Of a stretch of DNA of 64,000 nucleotides, positions 41,923 to 52,329 are shown piece by piece; the first letter of the stretch is position 1; each line of letters opens with the position of its first letter. The translations under genes and the position numbers were made by a program. Source of the DNA: Cyanidioschyzon merolae (lineage: Eukaryota); NCBI GenBank assembly GCA_000091205.1, contig AP006502.2. The stretch is one strand, 5' to 3'. The notes below the pieces were generated by a model. The model did no database searches, was not told where the DNA came from, and saw nothing but the letters and a program-made list of their open reading frames with translations.

Positions 41923-43536
41923 TTAGGGGGCTTCAATCATGTCGACAGAAAACTTTTCAAATCGACTGCGAACTTTTGGTTCACGTATTTCAATTTGCGG
42001 TGAGGAAATGATGTCATCTGCGTCTTCCAGTACGTCACCCACTTCAAAGCCCAGTCGCCGCAGTGAATCATACACAGTTGAGAACACTCGACTCAAGGCG
42101 ATATAGGCGTTGGAGGTCGTCTGCGCCAACGCTGCAGCCAAGCCACCAACGCGAGCAGTTGTTTCGACGAGATTCGGCGGCGACCGAAGCAGCAGTTCCT
42201 CGTCTTGCGGGCTTACCGCTAGCGCAACCTGTGTCAGCCAATGAAAATCCAGGGGAAGCTTCTCACGATATACATCTCGAGTTCGCAACTGTCGCCGAAT
42301 ATAGACAATCGCTTGCACGACGCTATGGTTGACCGTCCGAGGATCCTGCAAGCGACGAATCTCCCATGCAGCTGCAGCAGCGTACAGCACGAGCCAGATC
42401 GCCTCGAGATCTGCGGCGGAGACCTCCCCAATAATCGAATCAACAGCGTATTCTAACGTCTCCACAGAGCTTCCGAGAACCGTATCCAGAAGCATCTGCA
42501 CGGTGCGCTCAGCATGGTTGAGTGCGCGCATGAGCGGTGCGTCAATAATGCGGACGCTCTGTTGTGCGCGAAAAGCGAGCAAGGTCAAGCGGTCCCGCTC
42601 CTCGGAGTTTCCACGATGCTCTGCAAGCAGACGCGATGCACTGAGACCGTAGAAGAAGCGATTATCAAAGTAGTGACGGTTTGCAGCAACAGCGGTAAGG
42701 GCCTGCTCACTGAGGCCTTGGAGCGCAACCCGCTGGACCGCGGCATATGGGGGCTCTCCTGTCGATGCCGCGCGCGCGTTTTCCAAACGCGACAAGTCTT
42801 CATCCCGTAGAAGCAACTTCTCTGCAAATACCAGCAGCTCTCTGAACTGGTAGCTCATGGGCGCTCTATTTCTGCGCAGCTTATCAGCGGAAAGTTGCAG
42901 CGCCTGTGCCACGCGCAGCAGCTCTTGATTCGAACGCAGACTTATTCCGGATAAGAGCTTCTGGAGCGCCTCTTCAGCCTGCGGCTGCTCCAAAAGCAAC
43001 TCGTGTCGTTCATCGGTCTGGAGAGCCCCTGAACCGTTCATATCAGAACGCAAGTTCGCCAGGTGCCTACCGTTGCGGCCTTCGAACTCGCCGTCCTCGG
43101 CGTCGTTCAACGCTGGCCCGTAGTTAGGCTCGGTCTCTAGTCGGTGACTGTTTTCATCGTTCCAGTTCTCAGCATCTTGCGGTTCGAGCTCGCTGTGCGT
43201 GCGCGACGCCGCTTGCTCAGCACGCTCCTGTCGCGGTGCGCCTGCTGGCTGTTGCCGAGCGCCCGTCGTAGCGCCATCACCTCCGCCCGGTTTGCGCTTC
43301 GCTCTCGTTCTTCCCTTTTTCGCGAGAGCAACGAGCTCTCCCGCTCTTGTCGCAGTAGTCAGTCCTGTTCGCGCACGCTCCGACACGTTCCAGAACGGGT
43401 GACGCAGCCGCGGTTGTGGTAGCGTGCGCCAGCGACCGGAGTGCCGCTCTTGCTGAACCCAGCGGTGCGCTCTTAGCCCAAGTGAAGCCGTTCCGGCTTC
43501 CAAGGGGAGCAAGTTTCCTGGAAAGAAACAGAGCAT
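41923..43536 (-). CDS. hypothetical conserved-looking helical protein
   Basis: 537-aa ORF from the first ATG (the track start is TTG). Predicted alpha-helical and leucine-rich. No motif recognised. Confidence 0.4.
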   Translation of the reverse strand: MLCFFPGNLLPLEAGTASLGLRAHRWVQQERHSGRWRTLPQPRLRHPFWNVSERARTGLTTATRAGELVALAKKGRTRAKRKPGGGDGATTGARQQPAGAPRQERAEQAASRTHSELEPQDAENWNDENSHRLETEPNYGPALNDAEDGEFEGRNGRHLANLRSDMNGSGALQTDERHELLLEQPQAEEALQKLLSGISLRSNQELLRVAQALQLSADKLRRNRAPMSYQFRELLVFAEKLLLRDEDLSRLENARAASTGEPPYAAVQRVALQGLSEQALTAVAANRHYFDNRFFYGLSASRLLAEHRGNSEERDRLTLLAFRAQQSVRIIDAPLMRALNHAERTVQMLLDTVLGSSVETLEYAVDSIIGEVSAADLEAIWLVLYAAAAAWEIRRLQDPRTVNHSVVQAIVYIRRQLRTRDVYREKLPLDFHWLTQVALAVSPQDEELLLRSPPNLVETTARVGGLAAALAQTTSNAYIALSRVFSTVYDSLRRLGFEVGDVLEDADDIISSPQIEIREPKVRSRFEKFSVDMIEAP

Positions 43537-45710
43537 ACCTCCGGTATGACGCACGGTGCTCGCAGCCAACTCGTGGTGTCACTCACCTGCTGCGTGGTGC
43601 GTTCGCTCCAAACAACTGGGGCATCGATGAAGAGGATCCGCCAGAAGCGCAGACGGCTGTGCGCACCCGGCGACAACGACGCGTTTTGAGGCATTGAGGC
43701 ACCTGGCTGCGTCTGCGTCATACGTCTGGCTCGAAGCGTCGGTTCGATGCCGTTCAGTAAGGGGAAGCGCAGCACTATCGTTGGAATGTGGTTATTCTGG
43801 TTCCGAGCTACGATCCTGTGCCCCACAGAAAGAGGATCAATGGCCTCGTGCTCGGAGCTGCGGCATGGCGTATCCCGAATGCGTCAGGTTACAACGCATA
43901 GCATTGAGGTTCGTCGCGGAAAACATCGAGCAACTTTGCATCCAGTGCATAACAAGCCTCACCCGATACACTGGAATGTAGACTCGCGCAGAAGAAGCGG
44001 TAGCTCTGCGCTTCCGCTTTTATGAGTGAAGTTTCGAGCGGTGCTCGCGAATCAATGATCCACGGCTGCATGGGGGTGCGTATGTCGTGCGATGTTACGT
44101 TGGGAGTGTGACAGAAAGTCCAGACTTCTTTACCTGGTCCAGAAGGATAAGCCCGAATGCCAATATTCTGTGTTTCCCCACGCTACCGCGTTTTGTTCGG
44201 AGACAGCATCACAAAGCGAACGCCGATGCAGCAGCGGAGCCGCAGCGAGCGTCACGTTGAGCGCCCGAGCGTGCCGTTCTGCATGCGCTGCAACACGAGG
44301 CTCGCCTTCCCCAACTACAGCCGCCAAGAAACAGTTGATAGAACAGAGGAATCATCGGACGCGGAAAGCGCGCGGAACACCTAGTCCTAAATTCGTCTCA
44401 CGTGGATTTGACCCCCATTTGTCCAGCTGCAACCAGCTTGAGACGCTGTAACACCCTTAGGCGCCATTTCCGGACGAACAGATGAGTGCACGCCGCGTCC
44501 TACATAACTTCTTACTCTCTACATGCAGAGAGAAACTCGCGTCGAGCGGCCTGCTGAGCGTCACCAGCTACCTGTTGCTCGCCGAGGTTACCCACGAAAA
44601 CAGCTAGACACGAGTCCATATACGCATAGCGATCCTGAATCGTTGGCAACGGCAGTAAAAGTGGTGTCTTTGACCCCGATACGCGCCAGCTTCCGTGCGA
44701 CTGCACAAACGAATTCCGATCGTTTGACGGCCCGTTTCTTGATAAAAACTGAGGCAGCGGGCGACCGGTTGTAGCGTTCAATACTCGTATGACATCGCTC
44801 ATATCACACTGGTCTGTTTGATGACATCACTCGTCCTAAGCAAAATAGACGAGCTGATTGAATATTGTCTCATGACGCTGCTTTCAGGGAGGTTTCTAGA
44901 TGGCATCGATACCCCCTGAGGCACATCGCCGAACGCAGTCCCGTCATCAACCGTTGAGGTTCCACTGGGAACGCAGACGAATGCCGGACAGCTTGATCAT
45001 GACAACGGGCCTGTTAAGCATCAACTCGAGAAGATGCTCTCGCTGGCGAGCTGGAATTTTCCGAGCGAATAATCATCTAGCAATGGTTGTCGTGGAAGAT
45101 GAACATCTTTGCCTTTTTTGCTGGCTCGCTGTGAAGTGCGACCAAGCGTGTCGTCTAAATACACTGCGCACCTTCGAATCGTTCACCCCAAAAAAGCCCG
45201 CGGGCGCCAGACGAATAAGGAGCCGCATGGAAGGCGTAAGCGGTATCGACGCCGACACGATACCTTCAGCCGCTGTTCAGCACCTCAGCAAGGTGCCGCC
45301 CTGCCTCCTCTCGATATTGCTCCATAACTAAACTAGATTCCTGCAGGTCTTTATATAGAGCAGAAATCTGTACCATGTGATTTGTTCCAATAATCGCGCA
45401 GTCACGTTGCGGGCAATGGAGCGTAGCGGTCAACGTTCACATCGTCCGGTCCATTGGGAAAGCAGTTCGTGAACACGACGAACATGACACAATTCCGCAA
45501 CCGTTCGAAACACCAAGATATTTGTTTCCATGGAGGGTGAAGTACGCCTCGCTTAGGAGCGCTGCTCCGTTTCTCTCTTGCCAGATTCGGAATTTTCCGA
45601 ATACGCAAGGTTTCCGAATGCTTGTTGGTATCCGGCCAAGCGAAGCGCCCACCGCAGCTCGCAGACTCTCCAGCCTACATCGCTCATTAGAGCAAGGTAG
45701 CAGATTCTAT

Positions 45711-46256
45711 TTACTCGCTCACGACATCTTTCCCAGGACTCGACTCTTTATTGTTCGCTGGCTGCTCTAGGACGCGATCGTCCACGATGCGCACGCCCAT
45801 ACTCCGCGCCGTGCCAATAATACTTTTGCATAGCGCCTGAAGACTCACGGTGCGCAGGTTATCGTCCTTTTGCTTTATTCGAGCCAACTCGTAAACAGCG
45901 GTAAGTGGTACAGGTTGACCAACGAAAGAGCGCCCCGGTTGTGAGCTGCCCTTTTCGACGCCCGCCAGGCGTCGGAGAAAGAAAGAGACTGGTGGCTGTC
46001 GAGTTTCAAAGCTGAAACTTCGATCCGTATAAGCCGCAATCAAAGTAGGTATTGGTACGCCGTCTTCCAGGTTTGCTGTTGCCTGGTTGAACTCTTTGCA
46101 GAACTGCGCGATGTTGACACCAGCCTGTCCGAGTCGCGGGCCGACCGGCGGACCCGGAGCAGCCTTCCCGGCGGGCAAAAGCATTCGCATACGTTGTCGT
46201 AGCACTTTCGGGGCACTTGATAGTGCTGTTTTCGACTTGCTTCTTGCGCTGCTCAT
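45711..46256 (-). CDS. organellar (bacterial-type) ribosomal protein uL11 with a short presequence
   Basis: [29 protein letters not shown]...[24 protein letters not shown]...[11 protein letters not shown] is collinear with bacterial L11. ATG at 46256. Confidence 0.9.
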   Translation of the reverse strand: MSSARSKSKTALSSAPKVLRQRMRMLLPAGKAAPGPPVGPRLGQAGVNIAQFCKEFNQATANLEDGVPIPTLIAAYTDRSFSFETRQPPVSFFLRRLAGVEKGSSQPGRSFVGQPVPLTAVYELARIKQKDDNLRTVSLQALCKSIIGTARSMGVRIVDDRVLEQPANNKESSPGKDVVSE

Positions 46257-46471
46257 TGACTAAACGTATCAGGAACTCGTCGTGGTTATTGCAACCGATA
46301 CAAATAGGGCGCTATTCCGGTGAAATCGCTGCATGCACGTCAACGATGTCGTGTCCGATTACTGCCATATATTCCCTAAATCACCCGCTTTCGCCTCAAC
46401 GCAGCAGACCTCGTCCCAATGACGCACACTATCCACCGACGATACACGTCGTACTTCTACAGACTGCAGCC
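46257..46471. promoter_or_regulatory. 215-bp divergent (bidirectional) promoter region between uL11 (-) and proteasome alpha-7 (+)
   Basis: Head-to-head ATGs at 46256 and 46472. Inferred from position only. Confidence 0.35.
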
Positions 46472-47320
46472 ATGTCGCGCTACGACCGCGCTATAACGGT
46501 TTTTTCTCCGGATGGTCACCTTTTCCAAGTAGAGTATGCACTTGAGGCCGTAAAAAAAGGTACTGCCGCGGTCGCAGTACGCAGCCCTGAGTCCGTGGTT
46601 TTCGCCGTTGAACGCAAAGCAACTGCGAAGCTACAGGACCCGCGAACGGTTCGCAAGATCGTGAAACTCGATCAACATCTTCTGATGACGTTTGCCGGCC
46701 TTACTGCTGATGCGCGTATACTCATCAACAGAGCTAGAATAGAGTGCCAATCGTATCGCCTGACTGTAGAGGACGCGCCCTCCGTGGAGTATATTGCAAA
46801 GTACGTGGCGCAGATTCAGCAGCGGTACACCCAGTCCGGAGGTGTTCGACCTTTCGGCATCTCAACGCTTATAGCTGGTTTTGACGAAGATGGACAACCA
46901 CGCTTATTTCAAACTGAACCTGCTGGTACTTACCTTGAGTGGAAGGCGGCAGCGATCGGCCGTAACGCTAAAGTCGTGTTGGAGAAGCTGGAGAAGCTCT
47001 ATCGCGAACCAACTGATACCGCGGCAAGTAGTGCTGCCACACCGCCGGAGCTGAACCCGGCGTCTGGTGACCCAATGGACGCGATTGTTGTGGATTCCGA
47101 GGCCGCAGCTCTGCGACTTGCGCTCTTATCTCTATTGGAAGTAGTCGAAAGCAGCAGCAAGAACATTGAGGTTGCCGTCGTTCGTAGGCGCGGCGACATC
47201 CACGTATTCTCTGATGAGCTCATCGCACAACACGTAACACAGATCGAAGAGGAAATCAAAGCTGCCGAGGAGTCAAAAAGTCAACGACCTGCGGAAGCGG
47301 ATGCAGACGGAATGCTGTGA
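46472..47320 (+). CDS. PSMA7: 20S proteasome subunit alpha type-7 (alpha-4)
   Basis: [30 protein letters not shown]...[53 protein letters not shown] is near-identical in pattern to PSMA7. Trimmed to ATG at 46472. Confidence 0.9.
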   Translation: MSRYDRAITVFSPDGHLFQVEYALEAVKKGTAAVAVRSPESVVFAVERKATAKLQDPRTVRKIVKLDQHLLMTFAGLTADARILINRARIECQSYRLTVEDAPSVEYIAKYVAQIQQRYTQSGGVRPFGISTLIAGFDEDGQPRLFQTEPAGTYLEWKAAAIGRNAKVVLEKLEKLYREPTDTAASSAATPPELNPASGDPMDAIVVDSEAAALRLALLSLLEVVESSSKNIEVAVVRRRGDIHVFSDELIAQHVTQIEEEIKAAEESKSQRPAEADADGML

Positions 47321-47846
47321 ACTGGGTGCAAACATCTACATGGTGTGCTCTCCCGCAAAGCAGCTACCGCCACGAGCGCGAAAGGCGCCCGCATCGCCAT
47401 CCATATCTGGTTTTGCCGCAAAATTCGGCATCGTCCATGGGGTTGTTCTTCTGCGGCGGATTCTGCACAAAAAAGGAGAAGGGGGTCTGTCATCCATTCG
47501 ACGGGTATACTGTTGGAACCAGGCCCCTGCATCACTGAAGAGGCGCCGTTCCCACAACAGGCCACGAATGGTATACTCGTTACAAACGCAGCGGCAGTGC
47601 AGGTACCGAAGGAAATCTTTGCCAGACATCGACGGGTTCCCCTGCTGCGTTTGATGCTGGAAAAGGCCGCAATAGGCATTCACGCGTGCATCCTTCACGC
47701 CGTCACCGACAAGTCCTGAGTGGACCCTCTGGGGACAGTGCTGGTCAGGTATCTGTTGTTACCAGAGTAAAAGCGACTCTGCAGGTCTACGCAGCTGTCG
47801 GGCATATGCGGTCGCACTAGCATGCTGGATGTGTCCCGAATGGTGG

Positions 47847-49175
47847 CTAGCGCTCTGAACTCGCCCAAGAGCGTGCATCGGTGTTCGCTGAAAATTTGCA
47901 TGCGGGTACTGTGGAGAAAAGTTCTTTCGCCACGGTCCAGTGTGGAATCTCGGCTGCATTGCGAATCAGACGCCGCACAAAACCTCCACCTACGCACTGG
48001 TCCTCGTCGTAGATTACAACCGCTTGACCTGGAGCAGTGACGGGCGCGCTTGCACTGCGACCTGGAACCAGAACGAGCAGCCGCTGTGGCGGCATCGCAG
48101 CGACGCGCACCCGCGGTTGTGCTCGATCATTGCTAGTTGCCAAAGAATCTGCTTCGAGGCGTCGAATAAGGCAGGAAAGCGGAGTCTGACGATACCACGC
48201 TTGAAACGAGAAACTTCGATGTAGCCAGCCAGCTGATTCTTTCAGATGCTGGTGTTCCATCCACGCGTTCCATAAATCGAAGGCTTCCACTTCGTAGCCC
48301 CAACAGGATAGAGCTGGATGAGAGCGTCCGGCGCAGACCGAGATGATGCCCCGCGCTGGGTCTTTGTCGCAAACATAAAAGGCCTGCGGGAGACCACCGA
48401 TACCCGCACGCTGACCGATCGTTCGATAAGAGGATACACGGCCCAGTGTTCGGCCTGTATCGATATCGACGGCCGGCCAGAAGTCACCAGGCGGAGCAAA
48501 TTCGTCCAAAATAGATGCTATAGATTTGTGGCGACCAATGAAGCAAATACCTCGACTTGAGGCTCGCGTTGCATTCGGCAGCCGTAGGTGACGAGCAAGC
48601 GCCCGTACCTCGTGTTTCTGCCAGTCCCCGAGAGGAAAGTGCAATTTCCGAAGAGCACTCGGATCAATACTTGCGAGAAAGTACGTCTGATCCTTGGCAC
48701 GATCCAAGGCACGGTATAATTGACCTCCAGTGCAGCGGGCATAGTGTCCAGTGGCGAGTATGTCCGCCCGTTTGGCGACAACATCGAGTAGCGCTCCGAA
48801 CTTTATATACCGATTGCAGGCCAAATCGGGATTAGGAGTCAGCCCTCGACGATACGCCTCTAACAGATGCGGTACGAAGACTGAATGCCAGTACTCCGCG
48901 CGTAAATCGATCTCCTGAAATTCATCCAGTCGCAGGAAATCCGCGACTCGTCGAGCGGCGAGCCGATCATCTCGATAGGTGCAGTCCTCGGCGTCGTCTC
49001 CGGTTCCCCATGAACGCATAAACACGCCTTTCACGCGATAGCCCGCTTGCTGCAAGAGCCAAGCACTTACAGCAGAGTCAACGCCGCCAGACAGCGCGAC
49101 GATCATGGACTTGCCACGTGCGTCCGTAGACGTACCCACGCGATTCTTCAGAAGATTTCCATGAAATCGTTGCAT
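47847..49175 (-). CDS. MNMA: tRNA-specific 2-thiouridylase MnmA/TRMU (organellar)
   Basis: PP-loop IVALSGGVDSAVSAWLL. YRDDRLAARRVADFL, ATGHYAR and DQTYFL. The track start is TTG; first ATG is 49175. Confidence 0.85.
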   Translation of the reverse strand: MQRFHGNLLKNRVGTSTDARGKSMIVALSGGVDSAVSAWLLQQAGYRVKGVFMRSWGTGDDAEDCTYRDDRLAARRVADFLRLDEFQEIDLRAEYWHSVFVPHLLEAYRRGLTPNPDLACNRYIKFGALLDVVAKRADILATGHYARCTGGQLYRALDRAKDQTYFLASIDPSALRKLHFPLGDWQKHEVRALARHLRLPNATRASSRGICFIGRHKSIASILDEFAPPGDFWPAVDIDTGRTLGRVSSYRTIGQRAGIGGLPQAFYVCDKDPARGIISVCAGRSHPALSCWGYEVEAFDLWNAWMEHQHLKESAGWLHRSFSFQAWYRQTPLSCLIRRLEADSLATSNDRAQPRVRVAAMPPQRLLVLVPGRSASAPVTAPGQAVVIYDEDQCVGGGFVRRLIRNAAEIPHWTVAKELFSTVPACKFSANTDARSWASSER

Positions 49176-50180
49176 TTGCACCAGAACGACCAAAAATGCA
49201 ATGATGTGCTTTCCATCGAAGCTCTTGATCCGGAAAGTGCCTCCTCAGCGGCGGAGAGAGACACGCTGTGAAAGACAAGCGCGCTAACAACTCAAACGTG
49301 GCCCCTGGGCGAGCAGGCGCTGTCTGCCTCACACGCAGCAGCTGAGCTCTGAACACGGATTCGGGTGCTGGCAAGCGCTGTCCTGCCGTGGTAGTCAGCT
49401 TGTCGGCGAGCGACACTGGACAAGTAGCAAGCCACGAATATCTCTGTACGAGCAATCGTCGCACCGTCTAAGAGGATTTTGGATGCCAGGACCGTCCTCA
49501 GCAAGCACGCCTAGAGCGTTTCCTAGCACTGCGTGATACTTGCCCGATCGCGAGCGTGTTTACCGACGCCCTCCGTGCTGTAGAGAAACGGCTGTCTGTA
49601 CGCTCCAATTTTCAACACTGCACCATACAATATATCCAGCTGTCTTCACGCTCCCTTCTGTGTCGGTTTCTCGGAAGGCAGCGAGCGCCCGCGCAGCTCC
49701 AGACCTGTTAATGGTTCAGATGAAACTGTTCCAGCAGCGAACCTGCTCACCTTTCGAAATCCACGCTGATCGTACTTTTTCGCTATTCACACTGTTGCTG
49801 ACAGACCAACGACGACTTTATCCGCGGTTGTTAAAACCAGAGCGCAACCGTTCTGTTGCCATACAAGGGCAGTCTTACGACGTCTATGAGCGCCCCGCTT
49901 TACCGTACACATGCTACGATCGCGATTTCAGAAACGTCGCTGATCAGAAGAAAGCAACGGGCCAGCGCGCATGATGGAACGCTTAAACTTCCCATAACTA
50001 AACTAAACGGACATCCTACTGCCAGAGACGGCGCGCTCTAGCGGCGCGGCTGCGTGGACGACACGCACCCTCCGTACAAAGGCAATCGCGCTGACCTCAG
50101 CTGGATTCCGCTAGAACCAGCGAGCTCCAATACGAGTCGCCGGGATTTATTGCGTCTGATCCATATAACGTACACCTTCA

Positions 50181-51179
50181 ATGGCCTTCGTTTCCTCTTG
50201 GAAGGGTCTGCGCTTTGATGCGTCTGCGCCGACGACTTGGCGCCCTGCAGTGGCGACTGCGCACGCTCGAAAGCATGCATCGCTGCTGTCCCCGCGTGCA
50301 TGGAGCGTCTCGCGTTCGAGACGCTCTTTCGTCGTGTGTGCGGTCTCTGATCAGGCGTCTGGCGTGGGGCAGGTCGTTCCTCTCGTAGATTTGCGGGGGA
50401 AGCGAGCGCTCATCACAGGGATAGCGAACCAGCGCTCGATCGCGTACGGCATTGCGCAGCAGCTGCGGCGAGCGGGTGCCGAACTCGGTGTGACGTACCT
50501 GCCGGTTAATGAGCGGGCCGAAAGCAAAGTATCGAAACTAGTAGAGCCATTGGGGGCGAGTTTTCTGCATCCTTGCGACGTGCAGTCACGTTCCGACCTG
50601 GAAGGCCTCTTTGAAACAGTCAAGCAAAAGTGGGGCGGCCTCGATCTTCTCGTGCATTGTTTAGCGTTTGCGAACCGTGAAGATCTCGAAGGCAACTTTA
50701 GTGAGACATCTAGAAACGGGTTCAGTGTGGCACTCAGCGTAAGCACCTATTCATTGATCGAGATGTGTGGATTGGCGAAACCGCTCTTTCGCCCTGGAGG
50801 ATCGGTCGTGACCCTCAGTTATCTCGGCGCTGAGCGCGTTGTGCCGAACTACAACATCATGGGAGTCGCCAAGGCAGGTCTCGAATGTTCTGTCCGGTAC
50901 CTCGCTGCAGAGTTAGGCCCAGCCTGCGGCGTACGAGTGAATGGGATCTCGGCGGGACCCATTAGAACCCTTGCGTCGTCAGCCATAGGCGGAATCACGA
51001 CCATGATTCGCAATGTGGAGCAGAACGCACCGCTGCGCCGCACGGTCACCCAAGAAGAGGTAGGGAAAACAGCCGCATTCCTGCTCAGTGATGCGGCCTC
51101 GGGAATAACTGGCCAGATTCTATACGTCGATTCTGGGTATGTGATCATGGGATCACCGACTTTTGAGTCACCTGCGTAG
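50181..51179 (+). CDS. FABI: enoyl-[ACP] reductase FabI (NADH-dependent, plastid-type) with a Ser/Arg-rich N-terminal targeting extension
   Basis: RALITGIANQRSIAYGIA, LVHCLAFAN, SYLGAERVVPNYNIMGVAKAGLE (the Y/K catalytic region) and GPIRTLA. About 60-aa N-terminal presequence. ATG at 50181. Confidence 0.85.
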   Translation: MAFVSSWKGLRFDASAPTTWRPAVATAHARKHASLLSPRAWSVSRSRRSFVVCAVSDQASGVGQVVPLVDLRGKRALITGIANQRSIAYGIAQQLRRAGAELGVTYLPVNERAESKVSKLVEPLGASFLHPCDVQSRSDLEGLFETVKQKWGGLDLLVHCLAFANREDLEGNFSETSRNGFSVALSVSTYSLIEMCGLAKPLFRPGGSVVTLSYLGAERVVPNYNIMGVAKAGLECSVRYLAAELGPACGVRVNGISAGPIRTLASSAIGGITTMIRNVEQNAPLRRTVTQEEVGKTAAFLLSDAASGITGQILYVDSGYVIMGSPTFESPA

Positions 51180-51417
51180 GCTCCAGCTCGCGTGAAATGC
51201 TTCGCCATGAATGCTCCGCATATACCCATGGAAGCAGCGGCGTCTCGTGCACGAAAAGGAGCCAATGGATTTCCGCACAAGAGCAGACTCTAGCGAGCGG
51301 GTGCGTTGGGGTGCCTCGATACGCAACATGCTGTGCATTGAACGCACACCGCTAGGTGCCATAGACAGGGGTTCGGCTGGTACCCATAAATCATGCGGCT
51401 CCAAAAGCCCCAATCCT

Positions 51418-52329
51418 TCAGTGCTCTTTGACTTGATGCGGTGAGTGCTGTTCAAGCTGCCTGCCGACCCGAAGGAGGTCTTCAGCATCGATAAGCATTG
51501 CGATGGGAACGAGCTCCTCATGCACATGGAAACCAGAGTCGAGTGAGAGGCAAACCGCATCCGATGCATTTTCGTAAAGCATTTGATCAGCAACTGAGGG
51601 AAATGACCACTCCATCGCCGCTTCTCTATTGGAGCGACGTTGCTTGATTCGCAGCTGCCTCGGAGCATGAGTGGTCATCCGAGAGGCGCCTTGCCGCGAC
51701 TGTGCCGCGGAGGAAACGTCGGAAGCGCGTCTCTCTGCGAAACCGATATGCACGAATCGAGAGGCCGCTCGTTTGAAAAGCGGGTCCCCAGCCTGTGAAC
51801 CCGCCATCGCGCAGGCGTTTGCCTGGTCGTCGTGCACCACCCGCCACAACTGTGGCAAGAGCGCGATCGGAAAGTTTAAGCAGAGTGTCCCCCATACCAA
51901 CCAAGCCGTTTCTGTTTGAGGAAACCTGGTTCTCGGCAAAATGTCCGCATAGGTTGCATAGGGGATGCAGGCGATAACGGCCAGTGGAAAACCCTCTATC
52001 ATTACGACAGTGCTCACCTCCGGGTGCTGGATGAGCACTTGCGCCAACGCCTGAGCACTCCGACCGTACCACCGAAGCATTCTAGACACCTCTTCTTGGT
52101 ACGTGCCGGTGAGGGACTCGAAACTGACCGCGACGGTCAAGTGATCAACGAGTTCGTCTTCGGCGTCGTCGATGCTCGCCTTTGACTGACGACGACGTAC
52201 GTTTCGAGTTTTGGTAAGAGCGTCCTCTCGGTGCCATCGATAGCGACGAGCACGCTGCTCCAGAGTCGAGGCGCTGTGGTATACACGCCTCCGGCGACGG
52301 AGCCGACGCTGTAAGCTCCTCGAACGCAT
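51418..52329 (-). CDS. hypothetical protein
   Basis: 304-aa ORF from the first ATG (the track start is TTG). No recognisable domain. Confidence 0.3.
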   Translation of the reverse strand: MRSRSLQRRLRRRRRVYHSASTLEQRARRYRWHREDALTKTRNVRRRQSKASIDDAEDELVDHLTVAVSFESLTGTYQEEVSRMLRWYGRSAQALAQVLIQHPEVSTVVMIEGFPLAVIACIPYATYADILPRTRFPQTETAWLVWGTLCLNFPIALLPQLWRVVHDDQANACAMAGSQAGDPLFKRAASRFVHIGFAERRASDVSSAAQSRQGASRMTTHAPRQLRIKQRRSNREAAMEWSFPSVADQMLYENASDAVCLSLDSGFHVHEELVPIAMLIDAEDLLRVGRQLEQHSPHQVKEH

